From a virus: a DNA stretch of 64,000 bases. Positions 37,806 through 47,219 of this stretch are shown in pieces. The stretch lies in IMG/VR virus record IMGVR_UViG_3300010389_000012, positions 2,496 through 66,495 of that record. The stretch is one strand, 5' to 3'. The notes beneath the pieces are model-generated. The model was not told the DNA's origin, did not search any database, and saw nothing but the letters and a program-made list of their open reading frames with translations. Both the position numbers and the translations under genes were made by a program. Numbering within the stretch: position 1 is the stretch's first letter; each line of letters begins with the position of its first letter.

Positions 37806-38651
37806 TCAGCCGCAGGAGAGGCAGAACGCGGCCCGTTGCGCTTCAGTCTGGCCGGGAGTGCGCTTGATCCTGAGGCCGACCACGTGGGAGCCATCGGACG
37901 GATCGCCGGGACGCCAATCGGTGGTATCGCCGTCGATCACGGGCAGCAGAACGCCGTTAACGGCCACGGTGGACGGCAGGGGCTGGCCTCGCTTGATCGG
38001 GAAGGCGGCGGCATAGTTCAGACCACGGGCGACGGCCTCGGCCAGGGTATCGGCGGTGCTGCCATGGCTGAGCGTCAAGTGATAGCGGAAGGCGGCGGCG
38101 GCCTCCCAGTCGCGGTCAGTCCGCTTGGAATAGTCGTAGGGCCTGAGCTGGGGCAGGGCAGCCGTTAGCGGCTGCAATAGCGAAGCGAAGCGGCCAACTA
38201 GCAGCCGAACGCCGAACTGCGCGAGGCAGAACGCGGCCAGATCGGGGCAGATCTCCACCGGCACGCGTTCCCAGAGAAAATCCGAGGTTCCATTGAGGCG
38301 GAGTCCCAGCAGATCAGCGCCGGGATGCTTCGCCACGAAGCGACACACTTCCAGAACGATCAGACGGGCGAAGGCGGCCGGATGCTCAGCGAAGGCATCA
38401 GAACGGAGCCGACGGCGGGAAAGCTTGCCTGATAGGTAGGCCGGATTGCCGGCGGTGTTGAGACACAGGGCCGCGCAGGATCCAGCGGCCGGGCAACTGC
38501 CCCGGTACTTCGGGAGCAAGTGGAGAACGGCCGTAGGGGCCACGCCATCGCTCTTGAGAACCTTAGGGTTCGTCAGGGTCAGGACGTTTCCGGAATTGAA
38601 GCCATAGGCCGAGCGAAGGGCGCGGAGATCGGCGGGAAGGCGGGAAGCCAT
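37806..38651 (-). CDS. GP88-family phage protein
   Basis: NPK..K, CPAAGSCAALCL, RLNGTSD, YDYSK, YHLT.S, DGD..D.R..D. Confidence 0.75.
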   Translation of the reverse strand: MASRLPADLRALRSAYGFNSGNVLTLTNPKVLKSDGVAPTAVLHLLPKYRGSCPAAGSCAALCLNTAGNPAYLSGKLSRRRLRSDAFAEHPAAFARLIVLEVCRFVAKHPGADLLGLRLNGTSDFLWERVPVEICPDLAAFCLAQFGVRLLVGRFASLLQPLTAALPQLRPYDYSKRTDRDWEAAAAFRYHLTLSHGSTADTLAEAVARGLNYAAAFPIKRGQPLPSTVAVNGVLLPVIDGDTTDWRPGDPSDGSHVVGLRIKRTPGQTEAQRAAFCLSCG

Positions 38652-38716
38652 GGAAGGAAAGCGAAGGGACAGGGAAGGGCGAAGCGTGCGACGGCTTCGC
38701 CCGGAAGCGTACAGGA

Positions 38717-39085
38717 TCAGACGAGATTCAGCAACACCAGCCAGGAATCACGGTCGTCAGGTTCAACAGTTCGGCCGTCCGGCGTCTCCGCCATGCCGTC
38801 GAGAGTCCAGCGCATCAGCTCCTCGTGAGACGGGATGACGTGCCAGGAATCAGCGAAGAACAGGCGAAGAACGCAGAACGGCCCCCAGCCGGAAACGTCA
38901 CCAGTGGTGAGCAAGGGGCCGCCATGCTCAGGATGGCGGATTCTCTCGCGGCCACCATGGGGGCCACGGGCAACAACGGGGCGGCCGTTGCGCTTGCCGA
39001 TGGTGGGGGAGATCAGGGGCTGTTCAGCGGCGACGGCCTCCCAGTGCGGGGCCGTCCAATCGGTGCGGGATGCAGTGCGGGGCAT
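38717..39085 (-). CDS. Early hypothetical protein
   Basis: C-terminal ETPDG..VEPD...SWL motif. Confidence 0.65.
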   Translation of the reverse strand: MPRTASRTDWTAPHWEAVAAEQPLISPTIGKRNGRPVVARGPHGGRERIRHPEHGGPLLTTGDVSGWGPFCVLRLFFADSWHVIPSHEELMRWTLDGMAETPDGRTVEPDDRDSWLVLLNLV

Positions 39086-39184
39086 GGTGCGGAAGCGAAG
39101 GGGCAGGGACGGAGCCGTGCGACCGGCTCGGGCGGAATCTTACAGGATCAGGGTCGGGGCCGCTGGGGCGGCCCCTGTCGGCCA

Positions 39185-39388
39185 TCAGGCGAACGACCAG
39201 CGGCGGACGGTGGACGGGCTGACGCTGAACCGAGCGGCGATCTGCTGCCAGGTGAGGCCCTGCCGGCGGAGTAGGCGAACGCGGCGAGGGCGACTCATTG
39301 TGGCCAGATCGATCAGGGCGATCAGAGCCAGGATCGGAAGGGCTGCCTTAAGGAAGGCGGCCAGCAACAGGGAAGCGGTGGAAAGCAT
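39185..39388 (-). CDS. Membrane-anchored HTH protein
   Basis: Hydrophobic N-terminus then LRRQGLTWQQIAARFSVSPSTVRRW. Confidence 0.65.
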   Translation of the reverse strand: MLSTASLLLAAFLKAALPILALIALIDLATMSRPRRVRLLRRQGLTWQQIAARFSVSPSTVRRWSFA

Positions 39389-39516
39389 GGAAGCGAAGAA
39401 CAAAGGGACAGACAGCAGCGACGCCATCGCCCCGGATCCTACCACCGGGAGCGGCCCCCGGCAGGGGCCGCGTTAATAATTCTTCATAAAAAAACACCAA
39501 GTTACACTACAGCTTC

Positions 39517-39624
39517 AGTACAAATGTACTATTGAGAATGAGAATCATTATCAGTAGTACAAACGTACTATAGTACAGGTGTACTATGTGACAGTTGGCG
39601 GATTGGCACAAGTACAAACGTACC
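39517..39624. promoter_or_regulatory. Cluster of four cyanobacterial LexA boxes and a Fur box (right)
   Basis: AGTAC-N4-GTACY at 39517, 39556, 39572, 39611; GAGAATGAGAATCATTATC 39534-39552 (17/19 to the Fur consensus). Confidence 0.75.
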
Positions 39625-39669
39625 ACCGGCCGGCCGGCCCCGCGTGTGTGTATGCAGCGCTGAAAAAGC

Positions 39670-39722
39670 GCTCTTTACGGGCGGCCTTTTAGTCCCCGGC
39701 CTCTTTTACGGGCGGCCTTTTT
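39670..39722. repeat. Direct repeat CTCTTT(T)ACGGGCGGCCTTTT x2
   Basis: Copies at about 39671 and 39701. Confidence 0.7.
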
Positions 39723-39979
39723 GTCTTCGCCAGTTTAGCCTTCCGGGCTTCGCGTCGAGCTTTGAGGCTCGCCGCTCGACGGTCGCGAAACGCAGCCTCG
39801 TCGGGGGACGTTGGAGACGAGCCAGTCACGGGATCCCACCAGCGATGCTTGTGTTGGATGCGCTCTTCAGTGGGTTCCTGGTTTAAGACTTTTGATCCAT
39901 CGCCATACACCTGATTGCTCACGAAGCGGTCGAATGCTCCCTTGCGACGACGGAAGTTGCTGCGATACTGTGTGCTCAT
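39689..39979 (-). CDS. Basic hypothetical protein
   Basis: MSTQYRSNFRRRKG... Confidence 0.55.
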   Translation of the reverse strand: MSTQYRSNFRRRKGAFDRFVSNQVYGDGSKVLNQEPTEERIQHKHRWWDPVTGSSPTSPDEAAFRDRRAASLKARREARKAKLAKTKRPPVKEAGD

Positions 39980-40301
39980 TGATTGGAACGTTGTAGAGGA
40001 TGTCGACAGCCCTGCTAAAGACAGCGGCATTGTCGTAGTCAGGACGGAGTAAATGGTAAGAAGGCTTGGTCAGCATCATCCCGCCTTCGCCATCAGGCTC
40101 AGGCTCACTTTCGTCTATCCACAGCCCAGAACAGTCTCCTTCTTCATCAAACACTGCAATTCGCTCATACCCTTCTTCCATTGCATCCCTAACGTGCTTA
40201 ATTAAGTCGGTTAGACGATGTACAGAATGCACGTATATATCCGGCATATATCCATATATTTCACCAACGCCGTAGTTTCTGTAAACATGTACAGTTTGCA
40301 T
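39867..40301 (-). CDS. Hypothetical protein
   Basis: 144 aa ORF; 3' end overlaps the next gene. Confidence 0.55.
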   Translation of the reverse strand: MQTVHVYRNYGVGEIYGYMPDIYVHSVHRLTDLIKHVRDAMEEGYERIAVFDEEGDCSGLWIDESEPEPDGEGGMMLTKPSYHLLRPDYDNAAVFSRAVDILYNVPINEHTVSQQLPSSQGSIRPLREQSGVWRWIKSLKPGTH

Positions 40302-40645
40302 GGTTTTAATTGTGGGGGTGGTGTGTCTGGTAATACTGCTGCCTTCTAAATTGAAAGAATCTTTGTGATTCTTTAGTGGCAGGAGTGCTCTCCTCTAAAG
40401 AGATGAGAACGTCTCTGGCAGCCTCGCTTCTGAGCTGTTTGAACAATGGCTCACCCAGCTCTTCGCGGACCAATTCGTAGAATCTTTTGCGTGCGCTTTC
40501 TTGGAAACGCTTTTCCATGTACAGACAGAATTCTTCATACTGTCGATCCACCTTTGCTTTAATTAGCCGCGTTATCTTTGGCGTGATCAATGGACCAGCA
40601 GACGAGCGGCGGCGTCTTGTTGGGCGACGAAGTGCAGAGTTTTTA

Positions 40646-40990
40646 CTATTCATTTCCAGAAAGCTCCAAGATTTTACGAGCCTTCCAAACTGCAGCATCA
40701 ATGATGAAAGGTTCGATTTCACAATGAAGAAGTTTTGCTGCTTTACGAACTTTTTTTAATTCGTTTGAAGTGAGTTCAATGGAAGCACTACGTTGAAGCA
40801 AACGATGCTGAACAAAAGAGCAATTCTCCTTAATCCATTGTTTAACGGATTGTTCGTCATAGATTTCCATGCCGCGCTTGCTTTTGCCGACAGGAGCAGG
40901 AAACTCTCCTGCCTTTACTTTTCTGAACAAGGTGAAACGACTCATCAGAGTCATTTCAAGCACTTTGTTTGTCGTTATTTGTTTTTTCAT
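40646..40990 (-). CDS. AlpA/excisionase-like HTH protein
   Basis: VLEMTLMSRFTLFRKVKAGEFPAPV. Confidence 0.75.
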   Translation of the reverse strand: MKKQITTNKVLEMTLMSRFTLFRKVKAGEFPAPVGKSKRGMEIYDEQSVKQWIKENCSFVQHRLLQRSASIELTSNELKKVRKAAKLLHCEIEPFIIDAAVWKARKILELSGNE

Positions 40991-41379
40991 TTCAGCGCTC
41001 CTTGCAGGTGGACGGCGAGGATGTGCTTGCAGCATGGCTCTTGGCCACGCTCCATCATGAAATGAGCATCAGTGCAAGTGCAGCTCCACTTGCCTTCAAT
41101 GCCTTTGGCATGAGCGCCAGTGCGGATGACAGTGTGAGCGCCGCTGTTTGTCGTGGGATCTTCAACAGTCCAAACGTGAGTGCCGGTGCGTTGCACTCGG
41201 CAATGCATGGCGCGACCAGAGCGTTGGCCGACTTCCCATGCATCAAATTTCTTGCGACTCATGAAGCGCGGACCATTATCGGTGCGCACCAACACTGCGT
41301 TCGACAAGATGTTGATCACTGTGATGCCGAGCGCATCGGCAGCGCGGCGAGTGACGTGGAAGTGAACGGTGCTGGTCAT
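40987..41379 (-). CDS. SWIM zinc-finger protein
   Basis: WSCTCTD...CCKHILAV. Confidence 0.75.
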   Translation of the reverse strand: MTSTVHFHVTRRAADALGITVINILSNAVLVRTDNGPRFMSRKKFDAWEVGQRSGRAMHCRVQRTGTHVWTVEDPTTNSGAHTVIRTGAHAKGIEGKWSCTCTDAHFMMERGQEPCCKHILAVHLQGALK

Positions 41380-41606
41380 TAAGGGAACCTTGCGAAGGTG
41401 AGTGAAATATACGACTTAGTCTTTAGCCCCGTCAAGCGGCTCAACTGGAAATCCTGACGTAATCAAGCAGTAACGCTCAGGATGTAGCCGAATACACTTT
41501 TTATAAGCTTGAAGGTCGGGCTCGTTGTTCACTGGAAACGCAAGAACGATTCCGACAACTGCAAGGAAGGTGGCAAACAGTGCCCAGGAGGTTTTGTCCA
41601 TGGTGA

Positions 41607-41936
41607 TCAGAGGCGATAAAGGCAAACATTGGCTAGCCCTTGAGAAGGCGAAGCAATCTGTGAAAACGCAGCGGCCGAAAGATCGATGATGCGTTTGCCT
41701 ATATATGGTCCTCGATCATTGATGCGGACAATGGTGGAATGACCAGTTGCTTCATTGACCACCTTCAACTTTGTCCCAAAAGGAAGCGATGGGTGAGCAG
41801 CAGTTGGGGCGTTCTTATCGAAAGTCTCACCGTTGGCAGTGGTGAGACCATGAAACCCGTCACCTTGGCCGTAGAACGAGGCCACACCACACTGAAGAGG
41901 AAGGGCTGAGGCGATCAAGAAAACAGCAGCAATCAA
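41607..41936 (-). CDS. rlpA: RlpA-like DPBB lytic transglycosylase with signal peptide
   Basis: ASFYG, TANGE, TAAHPSLPFGT, VRINDRGPY, RIIDLS. Confidence 0.88.
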   Translation of the reverse strand: MIAAVFLIASALPLQCGVASFYGQGDGFHGLTTANGETFDKNAPTAAHPSLPFGTKLKVVNEATGHSTIVRINDRGPYIGKRIIDLSAAAFSQIASPSQGLANVCLYRL

Positions 41937-42447
41937 AACAAAAAAACGAAATACGAGAGAAGACTGGCCTCAAAATCCCGGCGGGGCAGGCATTTTTCAT
42001 GAATCTTTGCCGTGAGCCGAGTGGGGTGATACACTTTTGGAGTGAGTCGGTCTTAGCCGCGAGGCGGACGGTCTCAGGGAGAAAGCCATTTCCAAGCGGA
42101 TGCAAGGAATGGCCAGAGTTAAGCGACTCTGAAGGGTTTCTCCCGCCGCTAGCAAAGAGTGGAAACGAGGCTGCGGAGGCTCACAAAAACGGGAAAGGGG
42201 CCGTCAGGCCCCTTTTCTTTTGGCAAGATATAAAAGAAACAATGGATGTAAATGAAAAGCCTGCAACATCATGTGAAGAAACTAGCAGAGCTTATGCAGC
42301 AAGCCGATACGCTCCTGGATCCAAAGAAAGCAGCAAAACTGATCAAGAAGGCCGAGAAACGTGTCGAAAAAATCGACAAACGCTGTCATCCGAACAAGAA
42401 AGAGAACGACTCGCTCGATGGTTGAAAGGAGGAGAAGTGTGGTGGCC

Positions 42448-42894
42448 TTAGAAGCTGAAAAATACTGGCTCAGAAGAGGCTTGATTAAGCTCTTTCAACA
42501 CTTTTGAGCTGCTCTTGCAGCCCTTAAGGGGCTGCTCTCTCCATCGAACAGCCAAACAATGGCAGGAACCTAGCGGTTCCAGCACGGCCCATCTGTATGT
42601 GCGATTGAGCAGCGCTTGGCACGCTGCTCGACGCACTTTAGAAAGAGGCTCGTCGGGCTCTTCTAGCTCAACGCGAGCAAAATCAGCCAACTCTGAAAGA
42701 TCTTCAAGACTGTCAGTAGCAATAACAAAGTGCTTGCCACGTTGCCGTCCTTTGGACCAAGCCGGATGGAGATTTTCACTAGCTTTCTGAATAGCCTCCT
42801 CTTTTAGTGCGGGAGGCACGCAAATTTCAACTTTGGGAGGGAGGCGATCAGCCATAGGTGGCAAAGGCCGATTGACTTGTACCACGTTAGACAA
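42448..42894 (-). CDS. Hypothetical protein
   Basis: 148 aa ORF. Confidence 0.6.
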   Translation of the reverse strand: MSNVVQVNRPLPPMADRLPPKVEICVPPALKEEAIQKASENLHPAWSKGRQRGKHFVIATDSLEDLSELADFARVELEEPDEPLSKVRRAACQALLNRTYRWAVLEPLGSCHCLAVRWREQPLKGCKSSSKVLKELNQASSEPVFFSF

Positions 42895-42900
42895 AAACTG

Positions 42901-43362
42901 TCAAATAGTGTCAATTTCGTCAGGAAAATCACGTTTATTTAACTCATCGTTCACTTCGCCAATTGCATGCTCCTTCAGCATGTTTCTCCAATCCTCTGGA
43001 CCACCAAAGCTTCCTGTTTTTTCCAATAGAGAGATGGATTGGGCTACTTTTGCCATGTCCAACGTGGAAGAAAGGGCAGCATGATGATTTTCAGTGGTCA
43101 TCAGCTCTGCAATGGCCCCAGCATGCACTTGATACCACTGGGAAAGGCAGTAAAGCGCAATTTGCTTTAGCGGCTCATCTCCATATTGCTCTGTCCATTC
43201 CATGATGCGCTCACTGAGTTCCGGAGGAACTCCCACAAGATATGGATCATCAAACTCCTCATCGATGAATTGCTCAACGTCTGGGCGTTGCTTGTTTTTC
43301 GCTTCCCTGGTTTTGCGCAAGAAGTCGTCAACACTGTTGAAGCCGGAAAATGCCAAGACCAC
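42901..43362 (-). CDS. Hypothetical protein
   Basis: 153 aa ORF. Confidence 0.65.
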   Translation of the reverse strand: MVLAFSGFNSVDDFLRKTREAKNKQRPDVEQFIDEEFDDPYLVGVPPELSERIMEWTEQYGDEPLKQIALYCLSQWYQVHAGAIAELMTTENHHAALSSTLDMAKVAQSISLLEKTGSFGGPEDWRNMLKEHAIGEVNDELNKRDFPDEIDTI

Positions 43363-43402
43363 CTCTCAGTATTTGTATATACTGGCAGATTTCAGATGCC
43401 AG

Positions 43403-44128
43403 TCAATATGTTGGATCCTGAAGATCTGGTAAAGGAGAGCCGTTTGGCCCCTGTTCCTTTTCTTCTGGCGTGTCGAACGACACGTCCACTGCACCATCTT
43501 TAATTTCTTCTTTGCTTCGCTCTTCTTTTTCTTTTTCAATGGTGGAGGAAAGATCAGACAAGAACTGGCGATAGCTTTTGTCTTGATTTTCTTCTCTCTT
43601 TAGCTCGTGCAGGCCCAGGAGCTTGGCCTGTTCCACAAGCGAATTCTTGGCAACATTCAAGAAACCATGGTCACCAGCACTTTCTTCCACGCGAATGATG
43701 GTGCCACCTTTGCCATCGTCGTTGTCTGAGATGGTGGTGACTTTCTTCTTTTTGCTGGCGTCAAAGCCTTTCATGGCCTCTTCCTTGAGGTCCATTTGCT
43801 CTTTGAGCAGACGTGCCCTATGCACGTCTGCGCTCTGTAGAAGCTTTGCAGTGTAAAGCTCACGATTGTGATGCCTATCGGCACTCACAGTTTCTTTTGA
43901 CAGTTGCAGCACATTCGCAATCTGACGATTGCTCATTTTCGCTGCTAGCAGCTCCTGCACCATATATCGGCGCATTCCAATGAAATCTTTGGAGAGATGA
44001 ATGCCTGGAGTGGTCTTTGCTCTTACTTTTTCGATGTCTTCTGGAGAAAGTCCTGCCTCAAGCAGGACTTTCGTGCCATAAGCCAATTCTTGTTGAGAGT
44101 CCTCAAAATCAATCTCGGGACGAGGCAT
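43403..44128 (-). CDS. HTH protein, terminase-small-subunit-like
   Basis: MSNRQIANVLQLSKETVSAD HTH and AKLLGL motif. Confidence 0.55.
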   Translation of the reverse strand: MPRPEIDFEDSQQELAYGTKVLLEAGLSPEDIEKVRAKTTPGIHLSKDFIGMRRYMVQELLAAKMSNRQIANVLQLSKETVSADRHHNRELYTAKLLQSADVHRARLLKEQMDLKEEAMKGFDASKKKKVTTISDNDDGKGGTIIRVEESAGDHGFLNVAKNSLVEQAKLLGLHELKREENQDKSYRQFLSDLSSTIEKEKEERSKEEIKDGAVDVSFDTPEEKEQGPNGSPLPDLQDPTY

Positions 44129-44360
44129 TTTTGCCCTCCTTCCGCGTAGTGAAATTGTTGTCAATTAACGCCTTGATGGCGTCAAGATTATTCCTCCAAT
44201 GCCGTTCGCCTTGGGGGCTCACGGCCCCGTAGAGATACCGGGGGGCTGGCTGCGGACCTCTTGACGGCGAGGAAAAACCGTGATGGATACGGCAGATAAT
44301 TTCCGTTCCATTGTGCTCCAATGACGGGAGCACTTCTACAGGCTTAGGACGCTTAAGCAT
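44109..44360 (-). CDS. Hypothetical protein
   Basis: 83 aa ORF. Confidence 0.55.
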   Translation of the reverse strand: MLKRPKPVEVLPSLEHNGTEIICRIHHGFSSPSRGPQPAPRYLYGAVSPQGERHWRNNLDAIKALIDNNFTTRKEGKNASSRD

Positions 44361-45054
44361 TACCTAACTTTAATCCTGCCTATGTTGGCAGATGATTTCT
44401 GTTTGGAATGCTCGTCCGCCGCTTTGGGCGGCTCCCTCGCTGCGGAAGTTATCCAGGCAACTCAGCAGAGTCGGCTAGGCGAATTACGCAGCAGAGGGCC
44501 AGCCGTCCTGGCTTTGAGGGTAAAGGGGAGACGCACTGAGATCAAGGGGGTTTTGTGACAATCAATCAATTGACTGTCCATTGTTCATGCTTTGACAACT
44601 GGGCTAGTCTGCCTTTGTTCGCACCAAATCCCTTGGAACAACAGCCCAAAATCACTCGCCTCCCTAGGAACGGCCCTAAGGACGGCATGTCAACAGAAGC
44701 CTGGCTCCGTGGAAAGAGCAAAGGCGATGAGAAGTGGGATAAGAAACGTGAGAAGGAGATGTGGAAGCGACTCAGGAGGTAGGCTTCTCACCGGGAGATT
44801 TACGAGCGCGGCGTCGGGAGCGTCGCGCTTTTTTTTCGTCATCAATTTCTTTGACAACTTCTTCCACTTCTTTTTTACCAGCATTCTGAGCCTGAATTGC
44901 AGCATGAAGCGCTGCCAATCCAGGGCTATGTTCAAACGCCATAATGCTATTCAGACTGTATATACATTCATTTTAAGTTTGCTGATTAAAATGTGAAAAG
45001 CCTGTCTTGTAGGGTCGGACGGGCAGGGGGAGTGCCACCACTCCCCCTCACATT

Positions 45055-47055
45055 TTAAAAGAGACAGTCGTCGTCTTCTTGTTCCTCGGTGATAGCCAAG
45101 GCAGGCTCAGGCTCAGGGAAGACGGCGAAATCGGGCTCTTTATAGTCCCAGGAATGGTACATCCTTGTGCGAGTGCCATTGGGGCCAACGTCCCAGGAAC
45201 TGGTGATGAGCCCTTGCCTGCGAGCCTGCTCCAGCAGGCGGCCGACAGTTGCCACTTCTACAAATTTACTGATTGCGTCTGCTGCTCTTCGACGGTCGAA
45301 TCGTTCGTTGGCACGATTGTTGAGAGCATTAACAAGATTATCCATATGCTCAATACCGCCGTTAACGGGGCCTTTGTAGAACCAGCCATAGCTTGTGGAG
45401 TCTCGATGGAGGAAGTGTTTACCAGCTAATCCAGAGCGACTTTTAGTCCACTCAAAAACGTATTCATCAGGGTTGCCGTTTTGATCTTGCTTGTAAAGCT
45501 TGACCACTTCTGAAACGTTTGCTTCAAAGCTGCTGCTATCCCTGATGCCACCGCTTTTGTTGAGGTGGTGAAGGATGACAATGGAGCAGCCGTAGGTGTT
45601 GGCAATGTCCCGTAGCTCGTAGATGCAGTTGCCGGCATCAGAACGGATGAGATCAACGTCCATCCCGGCGAGACACGCCGTAAGACTGTCGATCATCACA
45701 ATCTGAGGACGTTCTTTTTTGATGTGGTCTTGGAGCTGAGGGATGTTGTCAAACCTCCAGCGCTCAATGAACTTCACTTGTCCGAAGTCCAGCGAATCTT
45801 CGCCGTAGCCGATGATTTGCAGCTTTTCTGCGGCATCCACCACTGGCTCGTCACATTGGATGATCAAAGCCGTGCCTTTCTTGCATCGGCGATTACTCCA
45901 AGCCTTGCCGGTGGCGACGTGCAGTGCCCAGTTGTAAAGAAGAGTGGATTTTCCTGATCCAGGCGCTGCTGCAAGCAACATCACGCTACTTTCAGGGAGG
46001 ATTCCAGCAATGGTCCACTTTCGGGAATCTTCAGACAAGGCGATGCTTTTCGCATCCAGCACCTGCATTTCTTCCTTGCCATGAATGCGGCTTTTGGCTT
46101 CGGCCAAAAGCTTCTCCACTGTTGGTGGTGGCATTTTGATGCCATGGCGAGTGAGCCATTGTTGAGCCTCGTAAGACACACGAGCATCGTTGGCATAGAG
46201 ACCAACCATTTGCTCAAGGTTGTTGATGATCTCTTCATAAGACGGAAGCCCGTCTTGCCCTTCGTGGCGATCCTTGGAGACGATGGACGCAAGGATGGTG
46301 TCGAAAGACGCACCTTCGTCAATCCAATCTCCAACGTCATACCCACCTTTGGCCGGGAGGTTGTCCCACTCAAACGAGTCGGGCTGTGCGTATAGGAATT
46401 GACAGCCAGGATTATCCCCAGCCACCTCTTTCATGAGTGCTACGCCAGGTTCGTCTCGATCTGGACACAGAACGATTCGTTGACCGCGAAATAGCGTTGA
46501 GTAGTCTCCGTTTTGCCTGTACTGACCACTTCCTCCAAGGAAAGTGACAGCAGGCAGTCCCATTTGCCAAAGCTTGTCGGCACATAATTCACCTTCAACG
46601 ATGAAGATGGGATGCTTGGTAGTCTTCGATGCTTCGATGGCGTCGTTGTAGCGATAGGGAAGAACAGAAGCGCGAACTTCCTCAACCAAAACTTTGCGCT
46701 GTGGGCTTTCTTTAGGGACCGTTGGATAGTCCTGAAAGATTTGCTTCTTGCCTGACGTGTCGTCTCGGACAACATCTAGGACCTTGTCGCCAGAACGGTT
46801 CTCGTAAGCAAATGTGTAACGCTCTGCGGGGCGCGGGGGACGTTCCCAACGCTCAAGGGGAGCAACGATGTTGCGAATTTCAGCTCGATGCTGAGCGCTT
46901 TCGTCGTTGAAACAGTTGTATGCGCCAGTTGTCATGTTTATCGACAGATTGCTCCCATTGCACACGGGACACATGTATTTCCCTTTCTCCTTGGTCGGCT
47001 CAAGCTTGTCCAAGTGATCCAGGATTGAGAACGCCATGAGGGAGGGCTGGGTCAC
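45055..47055 (-). CDS. Primase-helicase (Zn finger, TOPRIM, RepA-like AAA)
   Basis: CPVC...C Zn finger; IVEGE and DRD TOPRIM; AAPGSGKS, MIDS, LHH..K. Confidence 0.9.
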   Translation of the reverse strand: MTQPSLMAFSILDHLDKLEPTKEKGKYMCPVCNGSNLSINMTTGAYNCFNDESAQHRAEIRNIVAPLERWERPPRPAERYTFAYENRSGDKVLDVVRDDTSGKKQIFQDYPTVPKESPQRKVLVEEVRASVLPYRYNDAIEASKTTKHPIFIVEGELCADKLWQMGLPAVTFLGGSGQYRQNGDYSTLFRGQRIVLCPDRDEPGVALMKEVAGDNPGCQFLYAQPDSFEWDNLPAKGGYDVGDWIDEGASFDTILASIVSKDRHEGQDGLPSYEEIINNLEQMVGLYANDARVSYEAQQWLTRHGIKMPPPTVEKLLAEAKSRIHGKEEMQVLDAKSIALSEDSRKWTIAGILPESSVMLLAAAPGSGKSTLLYNWALHVATGKAWSNRRCKKGTALIIQCDEPVVDAAEKLQIIGYGEDSLDFGQVKFIERWRFDNIPQLQDHIKKERPQIVMIDSLTACLAGMDVDLIRSDAGNCIYELRDIANTYGCSIVILHHLNKSGGIRDSSSFEANVSEVVKLYKQDQNGNPDEYVFEWTKSRSGLAGKHFLHRDSTSYGWFYKGPVNGGIEHMDNLVNALNNRANERFDRRRAADAISKFVEVATVGRLLEQARRQGLITSSWDVGPNGTRTRMYHSWDYKEPDFAVFPEPEPALAITEEQEDDDCLF

Positions 47056-47219
47056 GCAGTTCTAACAGGAATTTCAATGGGGGCAAGGGGTTTTATGAGT
47101 CCTTAACGAGTCAAGTTTGGACTTCAGCATTTGTTCAGAATTGAGCCTTGCACACCCTGCGCAGGGTGGGTAAGTTGTGCCGGAGCTGCAAAAGCTAACC
47201 GCTCAACTCTCTGTATTCC

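Noticed and set aside
36250-39470. Chimeric assembly or host DNA as the cause of the GC-rich island
   Set aside because: Genes are phage-type (GP88-like), share a leader hairpin motif with 41387 outside the island and are symmetrically bounded by site clusters; not fully excludable without reads
40646-40990. Excisionase implying a temperate prophage
   Set aside because: No integrase, att site or host genes recognised in the window; AlpA-like HTHs are common in lytic phages
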